Made by a program: the position numbers and the translations under genes
NCBI GenBank assembly: GCA_000965745.1
Contig: CP009479.1
Span: 1,344,001-1,408,000, forward strand
Direction of reading: 5' to 3'
Source: an uncultured archaeon
GTDB lineage: Archaea > Thermoplasmatota > Thermoplasmata > Thermoplasmatales > Thermoplasmataceae
DNA: 64,000 bases
Notes under the pieces: generated by a model
What the model was told of the DNA's origin: nothing
Databases searched by the model: none
Seen by the model: only the letters and a program-made list of their open reading frames with translations
Shown: piece after piece, positions 41,434 through 52,121 of the stretch
Position numbering within the stretch: position 1 is the stretch's first letter
Layout of the letters: every line of letters starts with the position of its first letter

Positions 41434-42576
41434 TCACAATATCCCCCTTACAACTCCAGAGAAGTAGGTATCTGATGATGCCCACTTGAGCAGGTAATCT
41501 GCCTTGCTTGCAAAAGAAACTCTCGGCTCCTTCTCGTATGAGAAATAAAGGCTCAAAGCTCGGTCGTCTCCCACCATGGTCGTCCAGTACACATCCCCGT
41601 TGTATTCCTTGTCGTAAGGGTTACCCACAAGCTCGTGGGTTATTCTGCTTGCAAGGAATTCTGCCTGCGATTTTGCAGAAGCCCCTGATTTTGCCACAGG
41701 GATGTTGGCAGTGTCTCCAATTGCGAATACATCGTCATAATCCTTGTAGTTAAGCTTGTTCTTGTCCACAAGGACAAATCCATCTTCTCCGGCAAGGCCT
41801 GAATCTCCAAGGTACCTCTGGCCTTTGTGTGGTGGAACCAGGACAAGAAGGCCGTATTTAGCTGAATCCCCGTCCTTTGAAGTGAGCTCTTTGTTCTTTG
41901 CGTTTACGGAGCTTACTTTGAAGTTTGTAACCAGGTTGATGCCCTTTTCTTCGAACTTGGCCTCTACATGGTCTGAAACGCCTTTAATATCAAAAGCCCT
42001 GTCCGAGGGGGACAGAAAGTGAATGTTAGTCTTATCCCTTGTACCGTTTCTTCTCAAGTATTCATCAAGCATCATGGCAAATTCAAAAGGACCAGGAGGG
42101 TATTGGAACGGTCCATCAGGCTGCCCTATGACAATATCCCCTGACCTGAACGTCTTGAGATGCTCTCTCAGGTTCAGAGAATCCTGAAGACTGTAGAAGT
42201 GTTTAGCCTCTCCTTCATATCCTGGGATGTCCTCATAGGCAAAACGGGTACCTGAGGCAAGGACAAGGTAGTCATAACTGTATGTTCTCCCCGATGTTCC
42301 AGTCAGAGAACGCTGCTCTATGTTTACGTTCGCTATTTCATCCTCTATGTAGTCCACACCATGGTTGAAGAGGAATCTTGTCTCTTTTACACTATCCTTA
42401 TATCTTTTCAGACCTACGGGAATGGTTATCCCATCTGACTTGAAATAATGCGTTGTGGATTTGCCAACAACAGCTATACTTGCTTCTCTAGGTCTCAAAA
42501 GGAACCTGAGCTTGTTGGCTAGCATTATCCCAGCGCTTCCGTCTCCGACAATAATTATTCTAGTTGGGGCAAACAT
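41434..42576 (-). CDS. SQR/FCSD-like FAD-dependent oxidoreductase lacking all cysteines
   Basis: GDGSAG, YDYLVLASG, PPGPFE, FAIGD, KSG. Confidence 0.85.
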   Translation of the reverse strand: MFAPTRIIIVGDGSAGIMLANKLRFLLRPREASIAVVGKSTTHYFKSDGITIPVGLKRYKDSVKETRFLFNHGVDYIEDEIANVNIEQRSLTGTSGRTYSYDYLVLASGTRFAYEDIPGYEGEAKHFYSLQDSLNLREHLKTFRSGDIVIGQPDGPFQYPPGPFEFAMMLDEYLRRNGTRDKTNIHFLSPSDRAFDIKGVSDHVEAKFEEKGINLVTNFKVSSVNAKNKELTSKDGDSAKYGLLVLVPPHKGQRYLGDSGLAGEDGFVLVDKNKLNYKDYDDVFAIGDTANIPVAKSGASAKSQAEFLASRITHELVGNPYDKEYNGDVYWTTMVGDDRALSLYFSYEKEPRVSFASKADYLLKWASSDTYFSGVVRGIL

Positions 42577-42843
42577 TCACATTTCACCTGCTATTTTTTT
42601 CACAGCTACTTCGTAATATCCTTCTCTCTCAAAGTCGCCTAAAAATTCATTTCCCGATTTTCTGGCCCAGGCTCTGCAGTCAACCTTCACGCCTTCATCC
42701 GTGGAATAGACAGATATGATGTCTCCGGCTGCGAGGTTCTTGAACTCGTCAATCAATCTCAAAAGAGGTCCGGGACACGGAATACCCCTGGCATCAACGA
42801 CTTTGTCGGGCCTGAGAGAAGGGCTACTATCCATCGCACTCAT
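42577..42843 (-). CDS. tusA: TusA-family sulfur carrier
   Basis: DARGIPCPGP. Confidence 0.88.
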   Translation of the reverse strand: MSAMDSSPSLRPDKVVDARGIPCPGPLLRLIDEFKNLAAGDIISVYSTDEGVKVDCRAWARKSGNEFLGDFEREGYYEVAVKKIAGEM

Positions 42844-43105
42844 ATTATAAACTTAATAATAGTATTTTCGGGCTATCTTTATTAAAATCAGCAATAGGGC
42901 ACAACAGCTTTCGACAGCCATCATGGAGACTAAACATCTTTTCATCTTGTGCCATTGATAACAGTATAAACTGGCTTAACTACTTCCGCAAATCCGTAAA
43001 TTTTGACAACTTATACTGCGGCATTCAAACATTTTTGTACGGCCGATCGCAGTTGACTCAACCAACCGCATGTAAAGAATATATATCGAGTCAAGATTCG
43101 GAGAC

Positions 43106-43408
43106 ATGGATTCCCAGTTCAGAGTCGTTTCCAAGGAAAAAAATTCTATCGTATTCGAAATGTTGAACTACGACAACACATTGTTAAGGCCACTTGTTGA
43201 AGAGCTCCTCAGGGACGAACAGGTGGAAGAGTCAAGGTATTATATCAAGCACCCTGTTATAGATAACCCACAGATTTTCATAAAGGTGAAGACAGGTAAG
43301 CCGCAGGCTGCACTCAAGCGTTCACTCAAGAAGCTGAGCAAGATCTATGAGAACCTGTCTACTGAATTGGCCAAAGAATTAAAGGAACAAAACGGAAAGC
43401 AGGCCTAA
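43106..43408 (+). CDS. rpoL: RNA polymerase subunit L (Rpo11)
   Basis: DNTL, YYIKHP pattern; size fits. Confidence 0.85.
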   Translation: MDSQFRVVSKEKNSIVFEMLNYDNTLLRPLVEELLRDEQVEESRYYIKHPVIDNPQIFIKVKTGKPQAALKRSLKKLSKIYENLSTELAKELKEQNGKQA

Positions 43409-43416
43409 TCTCGAAA

Positions 43417-44394
43417 GTGATGAATGATCGTTTTTTTGTAGAATTCAGCCGTGAGAATTCAGAAGCGGCAAAATTTGAACTTCTGACTGTTGAAAAGTCA
43501 TCTCACAGTTTCACAACAGCAGTTCTCGAGGATCAGTTTGCAATAGTCGAGGGACGTCCTGATTATATTATGGACTGTTCATTCGTAAACTATGTTTCGA
43601 AGATTCTAGAACAAAAGGAAAGTTACCATGATTTCACAGATACTTATTTACCCGAGGGTAGCTTCTTCACACGGGTAAAAGACTTCGATGCATGCCACAA
43701 CGCCAACTCTGAACCGGAAATAGGAAGGATCATCAAGGGAGACCACACTGTAACCTTCAAGAATCCCGATTTCAAAGTAAGGGCAATTCATGCAGGGAGC
43801 TGGTATCTTTCAGTTGTAGTCTACGAGAAAGACAAAAAATCCATGGAAGCCAGAAGAGCCCCACTCCGGCCATTCTTCTCACCAATAGCAATTCATCCCA
43901 AGTACGCTAGATACCTCGTTAATACAACAGAAACAAAGCCCAAGGACACTATTCTTGACCCGTTCTGTGGCACAGGAGGCATACTCCTCGAAGCAGGACT
44001 GATGGGCAGGAGGATCAAAGGCAACGACTTCTCCTTAAACATGGTGAAGGGTGCAAGGCTCAACCTGAAATATTTCAATCTCAAGGATTATACAATTCTC
44101 AACAGGGACATAGCGGACCTGGAACTCGATACTAGCGTGGACGGTATTGCTACCGATCTCCCTTATGGAAGGAATTCCAACATGAAGGCAGAGTCCTTGA
44201 GAGACCTCTACAGGACGGCGTTCGCAAAGTTCCATGAATTGCTCAAGCCCGGGGGAGTGGCGTCCATTATAATTTCGGACACTGATCTGCTCGTGTTTGC
44301 AGACGGCTTATTTGAATCTGGCAAGATCGTGGGTGTACCTCAGCACAGGTCACTTACAAGATATTTTGTGCATTTGAAAAAGCTAGATACTTAA
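43417..44394 (+). CDS. tRNA m2G10 methyltransferase (Trm11/TrmG10)
   Basis: RPFFSP, DPFCGTGG, TDLPYG, HRSLTR. Confidence 0.88.
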   Translation: MMNDRFFVEFSRENSEAAKFELLTVEKSSHSFTTAVLEDQFAIVEGRPDYIMDCSFVNYVSKILEQKESYHDFTDTYLPEGSFFTRVKDFDACHNANSEPEIGRIIKGDHTVTFKNPDFKVRAIHAGSWYLSVVVYEKDKKSMEARRAPLRPFFSPIAIHPKYARYLVNTTETKPKDTILDPFCGTGGILLEAGLMGRRIKGNDFSLNMVKGARLNLKYFNLKDYTILNRDIADLELDTSVDGIATDLPYGRNSNMKAESLRDLYRTAFAKFHELLKPGGVASIIISDTDLLVFADGLFESGKIVGVPQHRSLTRYFVHLKKLDT

Positions 44395-44436
44395 TGACCA
44401 GTTAAGTTTATGTAGAAGAACAAATATACCAAGCAG

Positions 44437-44973
44437 ATGTCAGAGGAAGCATGCACTATGGATTCCTTAACTGATCCTATTTCAGAAGAGTTGAACAACT
44501 CAAAAATGAGACAGGCCAAATTCGGCGCAATAATGGCTGAGAAATCTATGAAAACAATAGAGTCCCTGCTGTCTGAGGTGTCTTATTACAAAGACCAGGT
44601 CATAAGGCAGAGGGCGGAAATTGACAATTATGTAAAAGCCAAAGAAAGGGAGGTAAAGAACATCCAGGAATATGCCAACAGGGACCTCATAAAAGGTTTG
44701 CTTCCGATCCTCGATTCAATTGACTCCGCACTGCTCAACGAGCCCGACTCAAAGGTTGCCGGGGTTGTGAGAGGACAGATATTAAAAATACTGTCGCAAT
44801 ACGGGTTCAAGCCAATCGAGGCAAAAGGAATGAAATTCGATCCATACTTCCATGAAGCAATTTCGGTCACCGAGAACGGGGATGACGGAATGATAGTGGA
44901 GGAGATACAGAAAGGTTACATGCTAAAGGATAACGTAATAAGGACATCGAAAGTAATTGTAGGAAAGAGGTGA
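44437..44973 (+). CDS. grpE: Nucleotide exchange factor GrpE
   Basis: [18 protein letters not shown]. Confidence 0.93.
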   Translation: MSEEACTMDSLTDPISEELNNSKMRQAKFGAIMAEKSMKTIESLLSEVSYYKDQVIRQRAEIDNYVKAKEREVKNIQEYANRDLIKGLLPILDSIDSALLNEPDSKVAGVVRGQILKILSQYGFKPIEAKGMKFDPYFHEAISVTENGDDGMIVEEIQKGYMLKDNVIRTSKVIVGKR

Positions 44974-44978
44974 ATATT

Positions 44979-46835
44979 GTGGGAAAAATAATAGGAATTG
45001 ATCTTGGAACAAGTAATTCAGCAGCAGCGGCTGTTATCTCTGGGAAGCCGACCATAATCCCTAGTGCTGAGGGGGTCTCAATTGGCGGAAAGTCATTCCC
45101 CAGTTATGTGGCAATGACCAAAGACGGGGACCTTCTGGTCGGTGAGCCTGCCAGGAGGCAGGCATTACTGAATCCGGAAGGAACAGTATACGCTGCCAAA
45201 AGGAAGATGGGGACCGATCATAAGTTCAACATTTTTGGTAAGGAATACACTCCGCAGCAAATATCTGCATTCATACTGCAGAAGATAAAAAAAGATGCTG
45301 AGGCATTTCTTGGGGAGCCTGTCACAGAAGCAGTAATAACCGTGCCAGCTTACTTCAATGATAACCAGAGGCAGGCCACAAAGGATGCAGGATCAATAGC
45401 AGGTCTTGAGGTAAAAAGAATCATAAATGAGCCCACGGCGGCGTCACTCGCTTATGGGATTGACAAGTCGGACCAGTCGCAGAAGATTCTCGTTTTCGAT
45501 CTTGGAGGTGGTACGCTTGACGTCACCATAATGGACTTTGGAGAGGGCGTCTTTGAAGTCGTATCAACATCGGGAGACACAAATCTTGGCGGAACCGACA
45601 TGGACGAATCAATAATCAAGTTCCTCGCAGAGGATTTCAAGAGCAAGGAAGGAATAGACCTTCTTAAGGACAGGTCTGCGTATATAAGACTCAAGGACGC
45701 AGCTGAAAAGGCTAAGATTGAGCTTTCATCCTCAACAACAACGGAGATCAATATTCCTTATATCTCGGCTACCCAGGACGGCCCCAAACATCTCCAGTAC
45801 AATCTTTCCAGAGCCAAGTTCGAGGAACTCATTGCACCGATAATCGAGAAGGCAAAGGCACCAATAGACGATGCCTTGAAGGCAGGCAATATGGGCAAAG
45901 ATGACCTGACAAGAGTAATCCTGGTCGGTGGCCCGACGAGAATACCACTCGTGCGCAAGTTTGTTGAGGACTACATTGGCCAGAAGATTGAGGGCGGTGT
46001 CGATCCGATGGAGTGTGTCGCAACGGGGGCAGCTCTGCAGGGAGCAGTAATCTCAGGAGATATCAAGGACATAGTTCTTCTTGATGTTACACCGCTTACT
46101 CTGGGCATAGAGACCCTCGGCGGTGTGGTAACTCCTCTTATTCCAGCCAACACAACCATTCCGGCAAAGAAGTCCCAGACATTTACTACAGCGGCTGATA
46201 TGCAGACAGCAGTGACAGTTCATGTGGTTCAGGGGGAAAGGCCCATGGCAGCAGATAACGTATCACTGGGGATGTTTAATCTGACTGGAATTCCTGCGGC
46301 CCCAAGGGGCGTTCCACAAATAGAGGTAACATTCGATATAGACTCAAACGGGATTCTGAACGTGTCTGCTGTTGACAAAGGTACCGGCAAGAAGCAGAGC
46401 ATATCTATAACTGCCTCTAACAAGCTTTCCCAGGACGAAATAGACAAGATGAAAAAACAGGCAGAAGAATACGCAGAGCAGGACAGGAAAAAGAAAGAAG
46501 AGATTGAGCAGATTAACAACGCTGAAACACTGGCTTACACTGTTGAAAAGACAGTCAACGAGGCAGGGGACAAGATAGATGAAGACACAAAAACCAGGAT
46601 TCAGGGCTCTGTGGCAGACCTAAGGAAAGCGATATCTGTCAATGACCTAAACAAGGTCAGGGAGCTCAGCGACTCACTTACCAAGGAGATACAGGAAATA
46701 GGCTCCAAGATGTACCAGCCTTCAGGAGAAGAGCAGGCGGCATCAGACGAATCGTCTCAGGAAGCTGCGGGGGACCAGCAGAAAGATGAAGGCGATGAAA
46801 AGGTAGTGGACGCTGAGTATCAGGACAAAGAGTAA
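44979..46835 (+). CDS. dnaK: Chaperone DnaK
   Basis: [15 protein letters not shown]; SD GAGGTGA before GTG at 44979. Confidence 0.98.
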   Translation: MGKIIGIDLGTSNSAAAAVISGKPTIIPSAEGVSIGGKSFPSYVAMTKDGDLLVGEPARRQALLNPEGTVYAAKRKMGTDHKFNIFGKEYTPQQISAFILQKIKKDAEAFLGEPVTEAVITVPAYFNDNQRQATKDAGSIAGLEVKRIINEPTAASLAYGIDKSDQSQKILVFDLGGGTLDVTIMDFGEGVFEVVSTSGDTNLGGTDMDESIIKFLAEDFKSKEGIDLLKDRSAYIRLKDAAEKAKIELSSSTTTEINIPYISATQDGPKHLQYNLSRAKFEELIAPIIEKAKAPIDDALKAGNMGKDDLTRVILVGGPTRIPLVRKFVEDYIGQKIEGGVDPMECVATGAALQGAVISGDIKDIVLLDVTPLTLGIETLGGVVTPLIPANTTIPAKKSQTFTTAADMQTAVTVHVVQGERPMAADNVSLGMFNLTGIPAAPRGVPQIEVTFDIDSNGILNVSAVDKGTGKKQSISITASNKLSQDEIDKMKKQAEEYAEQDRKKKEEIEQINNAETLAYTVEKTVNEAGDKIDEDTKTRIQGSVADLRKAISVNDLNKVRELSDSLTKEIQEIGSKMYQPSGEEQAASDESSQEAAGDQQKDEGDEKVVDAEYQDKE

Positions 46836-46854
46836 ACAAAGATTGATGAATTAA

Positions 46855-47964
46855 ATGCCAAGGGACTATTACGAAGTACTCGGAGTTTCAAAGGGCGCGT
46901 CTCAGGATGAGATAAAGAAGGCTTTCAGAGCCTTGGCTAGAAAATACCATCCTGACGCCAACCCGAACAATAAAGAAGCAGCGGAAGAGAAATTCAAGGA
47001 GATCGGGGAAGCATACGAAGTACTATCAGACGAAAATAAGAGGCGCATGTATGACCAGACAGGGTCGGTCGACTTCGGCTCAGGGAGGCAGGATTTCAGA
47101 TGGGAGGACTTCTCACACTTTAATGACTTCGGTGACCTCGGCGATATATTCAAGACTATATTTGGCGGTGGAGGGGGCGGTTTTGGAGACTCCTTTTTCA
47201 GTGGTTTCCATGACAGCGGACCGGACCTTGACATGGCCGTCCAGATAAAGGTAAACCTTGAGGATGCCTACAAAGGGTCTAAGAAGAGCGTCAAGTACAG
47301 GAGAAATGCCAGCTGTGATGCTTGCAAAGGCACAGGAGCCAAGAACCAGAAGCTCACAACGTGCAAAACGTGCAATGGATCAGGTCAGCAGAGGGTTGTT
47401 CAGGGCCAGGGATTCTTCAGGATGGTATCGGTAACCACTTGCCATGCCTGCAATGGAAAGGGAAGAATACCTGTAGAGCCGTGTTCCGTATGCAAGGGAA
47501 ACGGTTCAAACCCAATTACAGAGGACCTCTCCATAAGCATTCCAAAAGGGGCTGTGGACAACCTCAGGCTTCGTCTCAAAGGGAAGGGGCAGTCACACAA
47601 CGGAAGGACAGGCGACCTGTATGTGATATTAAGGGTCGAGGAAGACAGATCGATCAGGCGAAGGAATGACGATATCATAGTTGACAGATCGGTAAGCTTC
47701 CCTCAAGCAGCTCTCGGAACTGACATGGATATTGACATATTCGGCAACAGTTACGACCTGAATGTTCCGCCCGGAACACAGCCTGGCGAGATTCTGAGGA
47801 TAAAGGGGGCTGGAATGCCCAGACTTAATTCAAAGGGGTCAGGCGACCTGCTGGTACGTGTAAACGTTGAAGTACCAAAGCATCTCAACTCCAAGCAGAA
47901 GGATCTTGTCAAGCAGCTCATGGAAGAGTTTGAAAAGAAAAAAGGCTGGTTCCACAACAACTGA
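46855..47964 (+). CDS. dnaJ: Chaperone DnaJ
   Basis: HPD, G/F region, four CxxCxGxG repeats. Confidence 0.98.
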   Translation: MPRDYYEVLGVSKGASQDEIKKAFRALARKYHPDANPNNKEAAEEKFKEIGEAYEVLSDENKRRMYDQTGSVDFGSGRQDFRWEDFSHFNDFGDLGDIFKTIFGGGGGGFGDSFFSGFHDSGPDLDMAVQIKVNLEDAYKGSKKSVKYRRNASCDACKGTGAKNQKLTTCKTCNGSGQQRVVQGQGFFRMVSVTTCHACNGKGRIPVEPCSVCKGNGSNPITEDLSISIPKGAVDNLRLRLKGKGQSHNGRTGDLYVILRVEEDRSIRRRNDDIIVDRSVSFPQAALGTDMDIDIFGNSYDLNVPPGTQPGEILRIKGAGMPRLNSKGSGDLLVRVNVEVPKHLNSKQKDLVKQLMEEFEKKKGWFHNN

Positions 47965-48010
47965 ACTCACCTTTTTGGGCAAGACTCAGTTATGCTCCAG
48001 TTCACGGTTA

Positions 48011-48199
48011 TCAACACAATGGGGTAAAAGGAACATCTCCACACACTACAAGGAAAGCAAGAGATACCAGAATAGCAAAGGGGCTGGTGCCGGAAGTTCC
48101 GGGCAAATATCGCTGCTCGACTGCCAGAATCACCAGAGAAATAATGAAAGCTGCAATCGTCGCCCTTCTCTCATTCCTCAAGGTAGGGCTTGTTAACAT
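48011..48199 (-). CDS. Possible small 2-TM protein or gene remnant
   Basis: Hydrophobic 62-aa ORF in an otherwise empty gap; no recognised family. Confidence 0.3.
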   Translation of the reverse strand: MLTSPTLRNERRATIAAFIISLVILAVEQRYLPGTSGTSPFAILVSLAFLVVCGDVPFTPLC

Positions 48200-48406
48200 T
48201 CTTTGAGTGGATTCCTCACACTTCGGGATTCTTTTTACACGCTTCTTATATTTTTATACTCAGGTATGTGCTATTCTGACGGTGGTAGAAAGATATTTTG
48301 CGGGGGAGCTGTCCCCAGCGGAAGCCCTGACTGATTGCAGGTATCAAAGCCCAATAACACCTGCAGCACGGAAAAATATAAATGCATACAAAATAATGGT
48401 TTAGCA

Positions 48407-48859
48407 ATGAAAGTACTAATTGCCTTTGACAATTCCCAGGCATCCAAAAACGCGCTCAACTTCGCCCTTAAAATGAAGCCTGTTGTGGACGAGTACTATA
48501 TCGCATACGTAACGCCGACAGTAATCGGCGCAGGCCCAACCTTTGATGCGTATGTTCCCGCGTCAGTTTACCAGAGGCAAGAGCAGACTGCGGATAACGT
48601 TCTGAACATGGCTCGTGAACTAATGGAAAGGCGCGGAGTCACCGCAACATTCCTGAAACTTGATGCTTCGGGAGACCAGGTGGCAAGAGTCATAGTCAAC
48701 ACCGCCAAGGAAAATGGTGTTGACCTTATAATCACAGGAACCAGGAAGCTGGCTGGCCTCAGTAGGGTTCTTCTCGGATCGGTGAGCACAGAAATAATCA
48801 AACTTTCTGAAATTCCAACACTCGTCGCGCCACCCGTGGAGGAAACTGAGAAAGAATGA
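48407..48859 (+). CDS. Universal stress protein
   Basis: VLIAFDNS, DLIITG, LLGSVS. Confidence 0.9.
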   Translation: MKVLIAFDNSQASKNALNFALKMKPVVDEYYIAYVTPTVIGAGPTFDAYVPASVYQRQEQTADNVLNMARELMERRGVTATFLKLDASGDQVARVIVNTAKENGVDLIITGTRKLAGLSRVLLGSVSTEIIKLSEIPTLVAPPVEETEKE

Positions 48860-48899
48860 CACGTTTTTATATCTCTCCAGCATAAAGGGGTAGATTTGG

Positions 48900-49127
48900 A
48901 TGGGAAGTATCAGACCTTCAAGCATTAAGAGAATCGCAGAAGAATTTGCCGAAAAACACCAGGACAAGTTCAATGAGGACTTCGAGAACAACAAGGAAAT
49001 CATAAAGCAGTCTATCGGCGGAATCTCCAAAAAAACCGGCAACCTCATAGCTGGGTATATCACCAGGTATGTAGTCAAGAAGAAAGAGAAACTGCAGAGA
49101 GAAATGGAAGAAAACGTGGTTGCGTAA
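48900..49127 (+). CDS. rps17e: 30S ribosomal protein S17e
   Basis: MGSIRP, DFENNK, IAGYIT. Confidence 0.95.
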   Translation: MGSIRPSSIKRIAEEFAEKHQDKFNEDFENNKEIIKQSIGGISKKTGNLIAGYITRYVVKKKEKLQREMEENVVA

Positions 49128-49241
49128 GTATTCCACGAGACTGAATTTTTATTGTTTTAACAAAATTGAGCGGGAAATCCCCTTCCGAAAGGGAGGGGAT
49201 TAAAGCGAAATCCTTATGGTTGATAAGGAAATAGTATAACT

Positions 49242-49664
49242 ATGTCCTATGACCTCGACAGGGGGGCTCATTCGGTTTACTCCCTATATTACCACTTCAT
49301 TCAGGTGGTGAAGTACCGGAGGGAAGTTTTCGTAAATGATGAGCTTGTGGATTTCCTCAAAACAAAGGTCAGGGAGATAGCGGATAGATTCAGTGTCGAG
49401 GTTGTTTCAATAGAATGCGACAGAGATCATTTCCACATGCTCTTCAAGGGAACGCCCGTTCTGAGGATCACTGAATTTGTGAATGCAGTGAAGACCATCA
49501 CATCGAGGGAAATACAGAGAAGATTCCCCGAAGTGAAGAAGGTTCTGTGGAAGGGCAAAATGTGGTCACCCTCCTACTTTCTGGCGACATCGGGGCAGGT
49601 AACATTGCCTGTAATGATGAAGTATGTTGAATCGCAGGAGGCTAAGAGAACTGAAAGCGTATAG
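49242..49664 (+). CDS. tnpA: Y1 HUH transposase TnpA
   Basis: DHFH (HUH), WSPSYF, KYVESQ catalytic Tyr. Confidence 0.95.
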   Translation: MSYDLDRGAHSVYSLYYHFIQVVKYRREVFVNDELVDFLKTKVREIADRFSVEVVSIECDRDHFHMLFKGTPVLRITEFVNAVKTITSREIQRRFPEVKKVLWKGKMWSPSYFLATSGQVTLPVMMKYVESQEAKRTESV

Positions 49665-50856
49665 GTTCAGGCTGTACCCGTCTGCGGAGCAGGAAGAAAT
49701 GCACAACGAACAGCTGGAACTCTGCAGACAGTTGTACAACTCATTCCTGCTGGAACGAAGATACGCATACAGGGGATCAAGGAAATCCCTCACGTACAAC
49801 CGTCAGCAGAACGAGATACCTGAACTGAAGAATGCTTTTGAAGAATACAAAGAGATTCACTCACAGGTACTGCAGGATGTTGCCAGAAGGGCGGATCGTG
49901 CATACCAGAACTTTTACCGAAGAGTGAAGGAGAAGAAGCAGGGAATCAAAAAGAAGGCCGGATTCCCAAGACTGAAAGGAATGGGAAGGTACAGATCACT
50001 GACCTATCCACAATCAGGTTTCAGGATCATTGAGAACGGCCATCTCAAGATCTCAAAGATCGGAAGAGTGAGAATGTTCATGCACCGTGAGATTGAGGGC
50101 GAGATCAGGACACTCAACATCTCACGTGACAGCACAGGAAAATGGTATGCTTCATTCTCGGTGAAGCAGGAGATTGTTGCCTTCCAGCCAGAGAAGACGG
50201 GCAACAGCATCGGGATCGATGCTGGGCTGTTGCATCTTGCAACGATGAGTGACGGCACCGTGATCGATCATCCAAAATTCCTGAAGAAGGGAGAGAAGAG
50301 GATCAAAAAGGCACAGAGAAAACTGTCACGCAGGAAGAAAGGTTCAAACAACAGACGGAAGGCAAGGATGAATCTCTCGAAACAAAATCAAAAAGTGAAA
50401 AATCAGAGAGAGGACTTTGCACACAAGCTGTCAAGCCAGATCGTGAAGAACAATGATCTGATCGCCTTCGAGAACCTGAACATAACAGGAATGATGAAGA
50501 ACCATCATCTGGCAAAGGGCATAGCGGATGCTTCATGGAGCACCATCGTACAGTACACAACCTACAAGGCTGGGAGTGCCGGTAAGAGTGTGGTGATGGT
50601 TGATCCAGGAAACACGTCAAGAGAATGCTCGAATTGCGGATACGGTAAGGAATCGATGAAACTATCTGAAAGGACGTTTCACTGTGATTCCTGCGGCTAT
50701 GAGATCGACAGGGATCTCAATGCAGCGATCAACATCCATAACAGAGGATTGGAAAAGGTAGGGAGGGGCACTCCCGAAGTTACGCCTGTGGAGACTGGAG
50801 TCCAACTATCCTTCCGGATGGTTCAGCCGGTCAGGGAAGCAGGAAGCCCCGTCTGA
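49624..50856 (+). CDS. tnpB: RNA-guided endonuclease TnpB
   Basis: KAYRFRLYP; RuvC D (GIDAG), E (FENL), D (DRDLNAA); Zn finger CSNC/CDSC. Confidence 0.95.
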   Translation: MLNRRRLRELKAYRFRLYPSAEQEEMHNEQLELCRQLYNSFLLERRYAYRGSRKSLTYNRQQNEIPELKNAFEEYKEIHSQVLQDVARRADRAYQNFYRRVKEKKQGIKKKAGFPRLKGMGRYRSLTYPQSGFRIIENGHLKISKIGRVRMFMHREIEGEIRTLNISRDSTGKWYASFSVKQEIVAFQPEKTGNSIGIDAGLLHLATMSDGTVIDHPKFLKKGEKRIKKAQRKLSRRKKGSNNRRKARMNLSKQNQKVKNQREDFAHKLSSQIVKNNDLIAFENLNITGMMKNHHLAKGIADASWSTIVQYTTYKAGSAGKSVVMVDPGNTSRECSNCGYGKESMKLSERTFHCDSCGYEIDRDLNAAINIHNRGLEKVGRGTPEVTPVETGVQLSFRMVQPVREAGSPV

Positions 50857-50892
50857 TAGGGCGGGGAGGATGTCACCAGCTGGGGACAGCAT
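50730..50892 (+). ncRNA. Predicted omega/reRNA overlapping the tnpB 3' end and right end, with guide taken from the flank
   Basis: Established TnpB biology; boundaries inferred. Confidence 0.55.
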
Positions 50893-50954
50893 CAGCTTTT
50901 AATAAAATGGCGGGAAAAAATAATAACGCCTCCCGCAATATACGAGTGATTGTC

Positions 50955-52121
50955 ATGGAGGATGTTTATATTGTATCCGCCAAAAGAACGCCGATCGGAA
51001 AGTTCGGCAAATCCTTATCCCGCCTCACTGCACCGGAACTTGGAGCCAAAGCAATATCCGGTGCGATAAAAAGCACACAGTTGCCTTACGAAAATGTTGA
51101 TGAGGTGATAATGGGGAACGTTATACAAGCCGGAGTAGGCCAGAATCCTGCAGGCCAGGCATCCCGGCTGGCGGGTCTTAGTGATGTAGTTACAAAATTC
51201 ACTGTCAATGCAGTATGTGCTTCCGGTATGCTTGCAATTGAGTCGGCAAGCAGGGAAATAGCACTCGGGGAGAGAAACATAGTGGTAGCCGGAGGAATGG
51301 AAAGCATGAGCAATGCACCGTTTCTTCTGCCACCCTACCTAAGGTGGGGTCCGAGGCAACTGTTTAACAAGAATTACAAGATCGATGATGCCATGCTTAC
51401 CGATGGTCTCATGGACGCATTCTATTTTGAGCATATGGGTCTTTCAGCAGAAAAAACCGCTGCCAAGTACGACCTTACAAGAGAGCAGGCTGACCAGTTC
51501 TCTGTTGAAAGCCAGGAGAAAGCTCTCAAGGCGACACAGAACGGAACTCTGAAAAAAGAACTTGTTGAAATGGAGGAGCTGCAGCAGGATGAGGGGATTA
51601 GGGAAACCACGACTGAATCGCTTGGAAAACTGGTCCCTGCATTTGAAAGAAAGGGCATTCTTACAGCAGGGAATTCTTCTCAACTTTCAGACGGCGCTTC
51701 CGCACTTGTGCTTGCTTCGGGAAGGGCGGTGGAAGAGAATAACCTGAAGCCGATCGCCAGAATTCTGGGCTATGAATCTGCTTCTCTTGACCCCAGGGAC
51801 TATGTCATTGCACCCATCCCGGCAACAAAGAAACTCATGAGCAAACTGGGCAAGGATGTCAGTTATTTCGACCTTGTGGAGCACAACGAGGCTTTTTCTG
51901 TAGCATCAATTATTGTCAGGGACGAATTAAAAATACCAAAGGAGATATTCAATGTGAATGGGGACGCTATCGCTTTGGGCCATCCGCTCGGGAACAGCGG
52001 ATCGAGAGTTGTTGTAACTCTGCTGAATGCCCTGAGGGAGAAGAAGCTTTCCAGGGGGTTGGCAACACTCTGCCACGGAGGGGGCGGAGCCCATTCCATG
52101 GCTATTGAGGTGATTGAATGA
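50955..52121 (+). CDS. Acetyl-CoA acetyltransferase (thiolase)
   Basis: VCASG, NEAF, GHPLG, CHGGG. Confidence 0.95.
   Translation: MEDVYIVSAKRTPIGKFGKSLSRLTAPELGAKAISGAIKSTQLPYENVDEVIMGNVIQAGVGQNPAGQASRLAGLSDVVTKFTVNAVCASGMLAIESASREIALGERNIVVAGGMESMSNAPFLLPPYLRWGPRQLFNKNYKIDDAMLTDGLMDAFYFEHMGLSAEKTAAKYDLTREQADQFSVESQEKALKATQNGTLKKELVEMEELQQDEGIRETTTESLGKLVPAFERKGILTAGNSSQLSDGASALVLASGRAVEENNLKPIARILGYESASLDPRDYVIAPIPATKKLMSKLGKDVSYFDLVEHNEAFSVASIIVRDELKIPKEIFNVNGDAIALGHPLGNSGSRVVVTLLNALREKKLSRGLATLCHGGGGAHSMAIEVIE

Larger units (their letters stand above)
49161..50876 (+). mobile_element. IS200/IS605-family element (tnpA+tnpB) inserted 3' of TTTAA
   Basis: Left-end hairpin 49177-49200, right-end hairpin 50847-50866, terminal TCAC; TTTAA at 49156-49160; no target duplication. 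Confidence 0.9.

Noticed and set aside
42844-43105. Possible small ORF or IS scar between tusA and rpoL
   Set aside because: No convincing coding signal or IS-end hairpin
49624-50856. TnpB as a nuclease-dead regulator (TldR-like)
   Set aside because: The RuvC D-E-D triad is intact, and tnpA plus both ends are present
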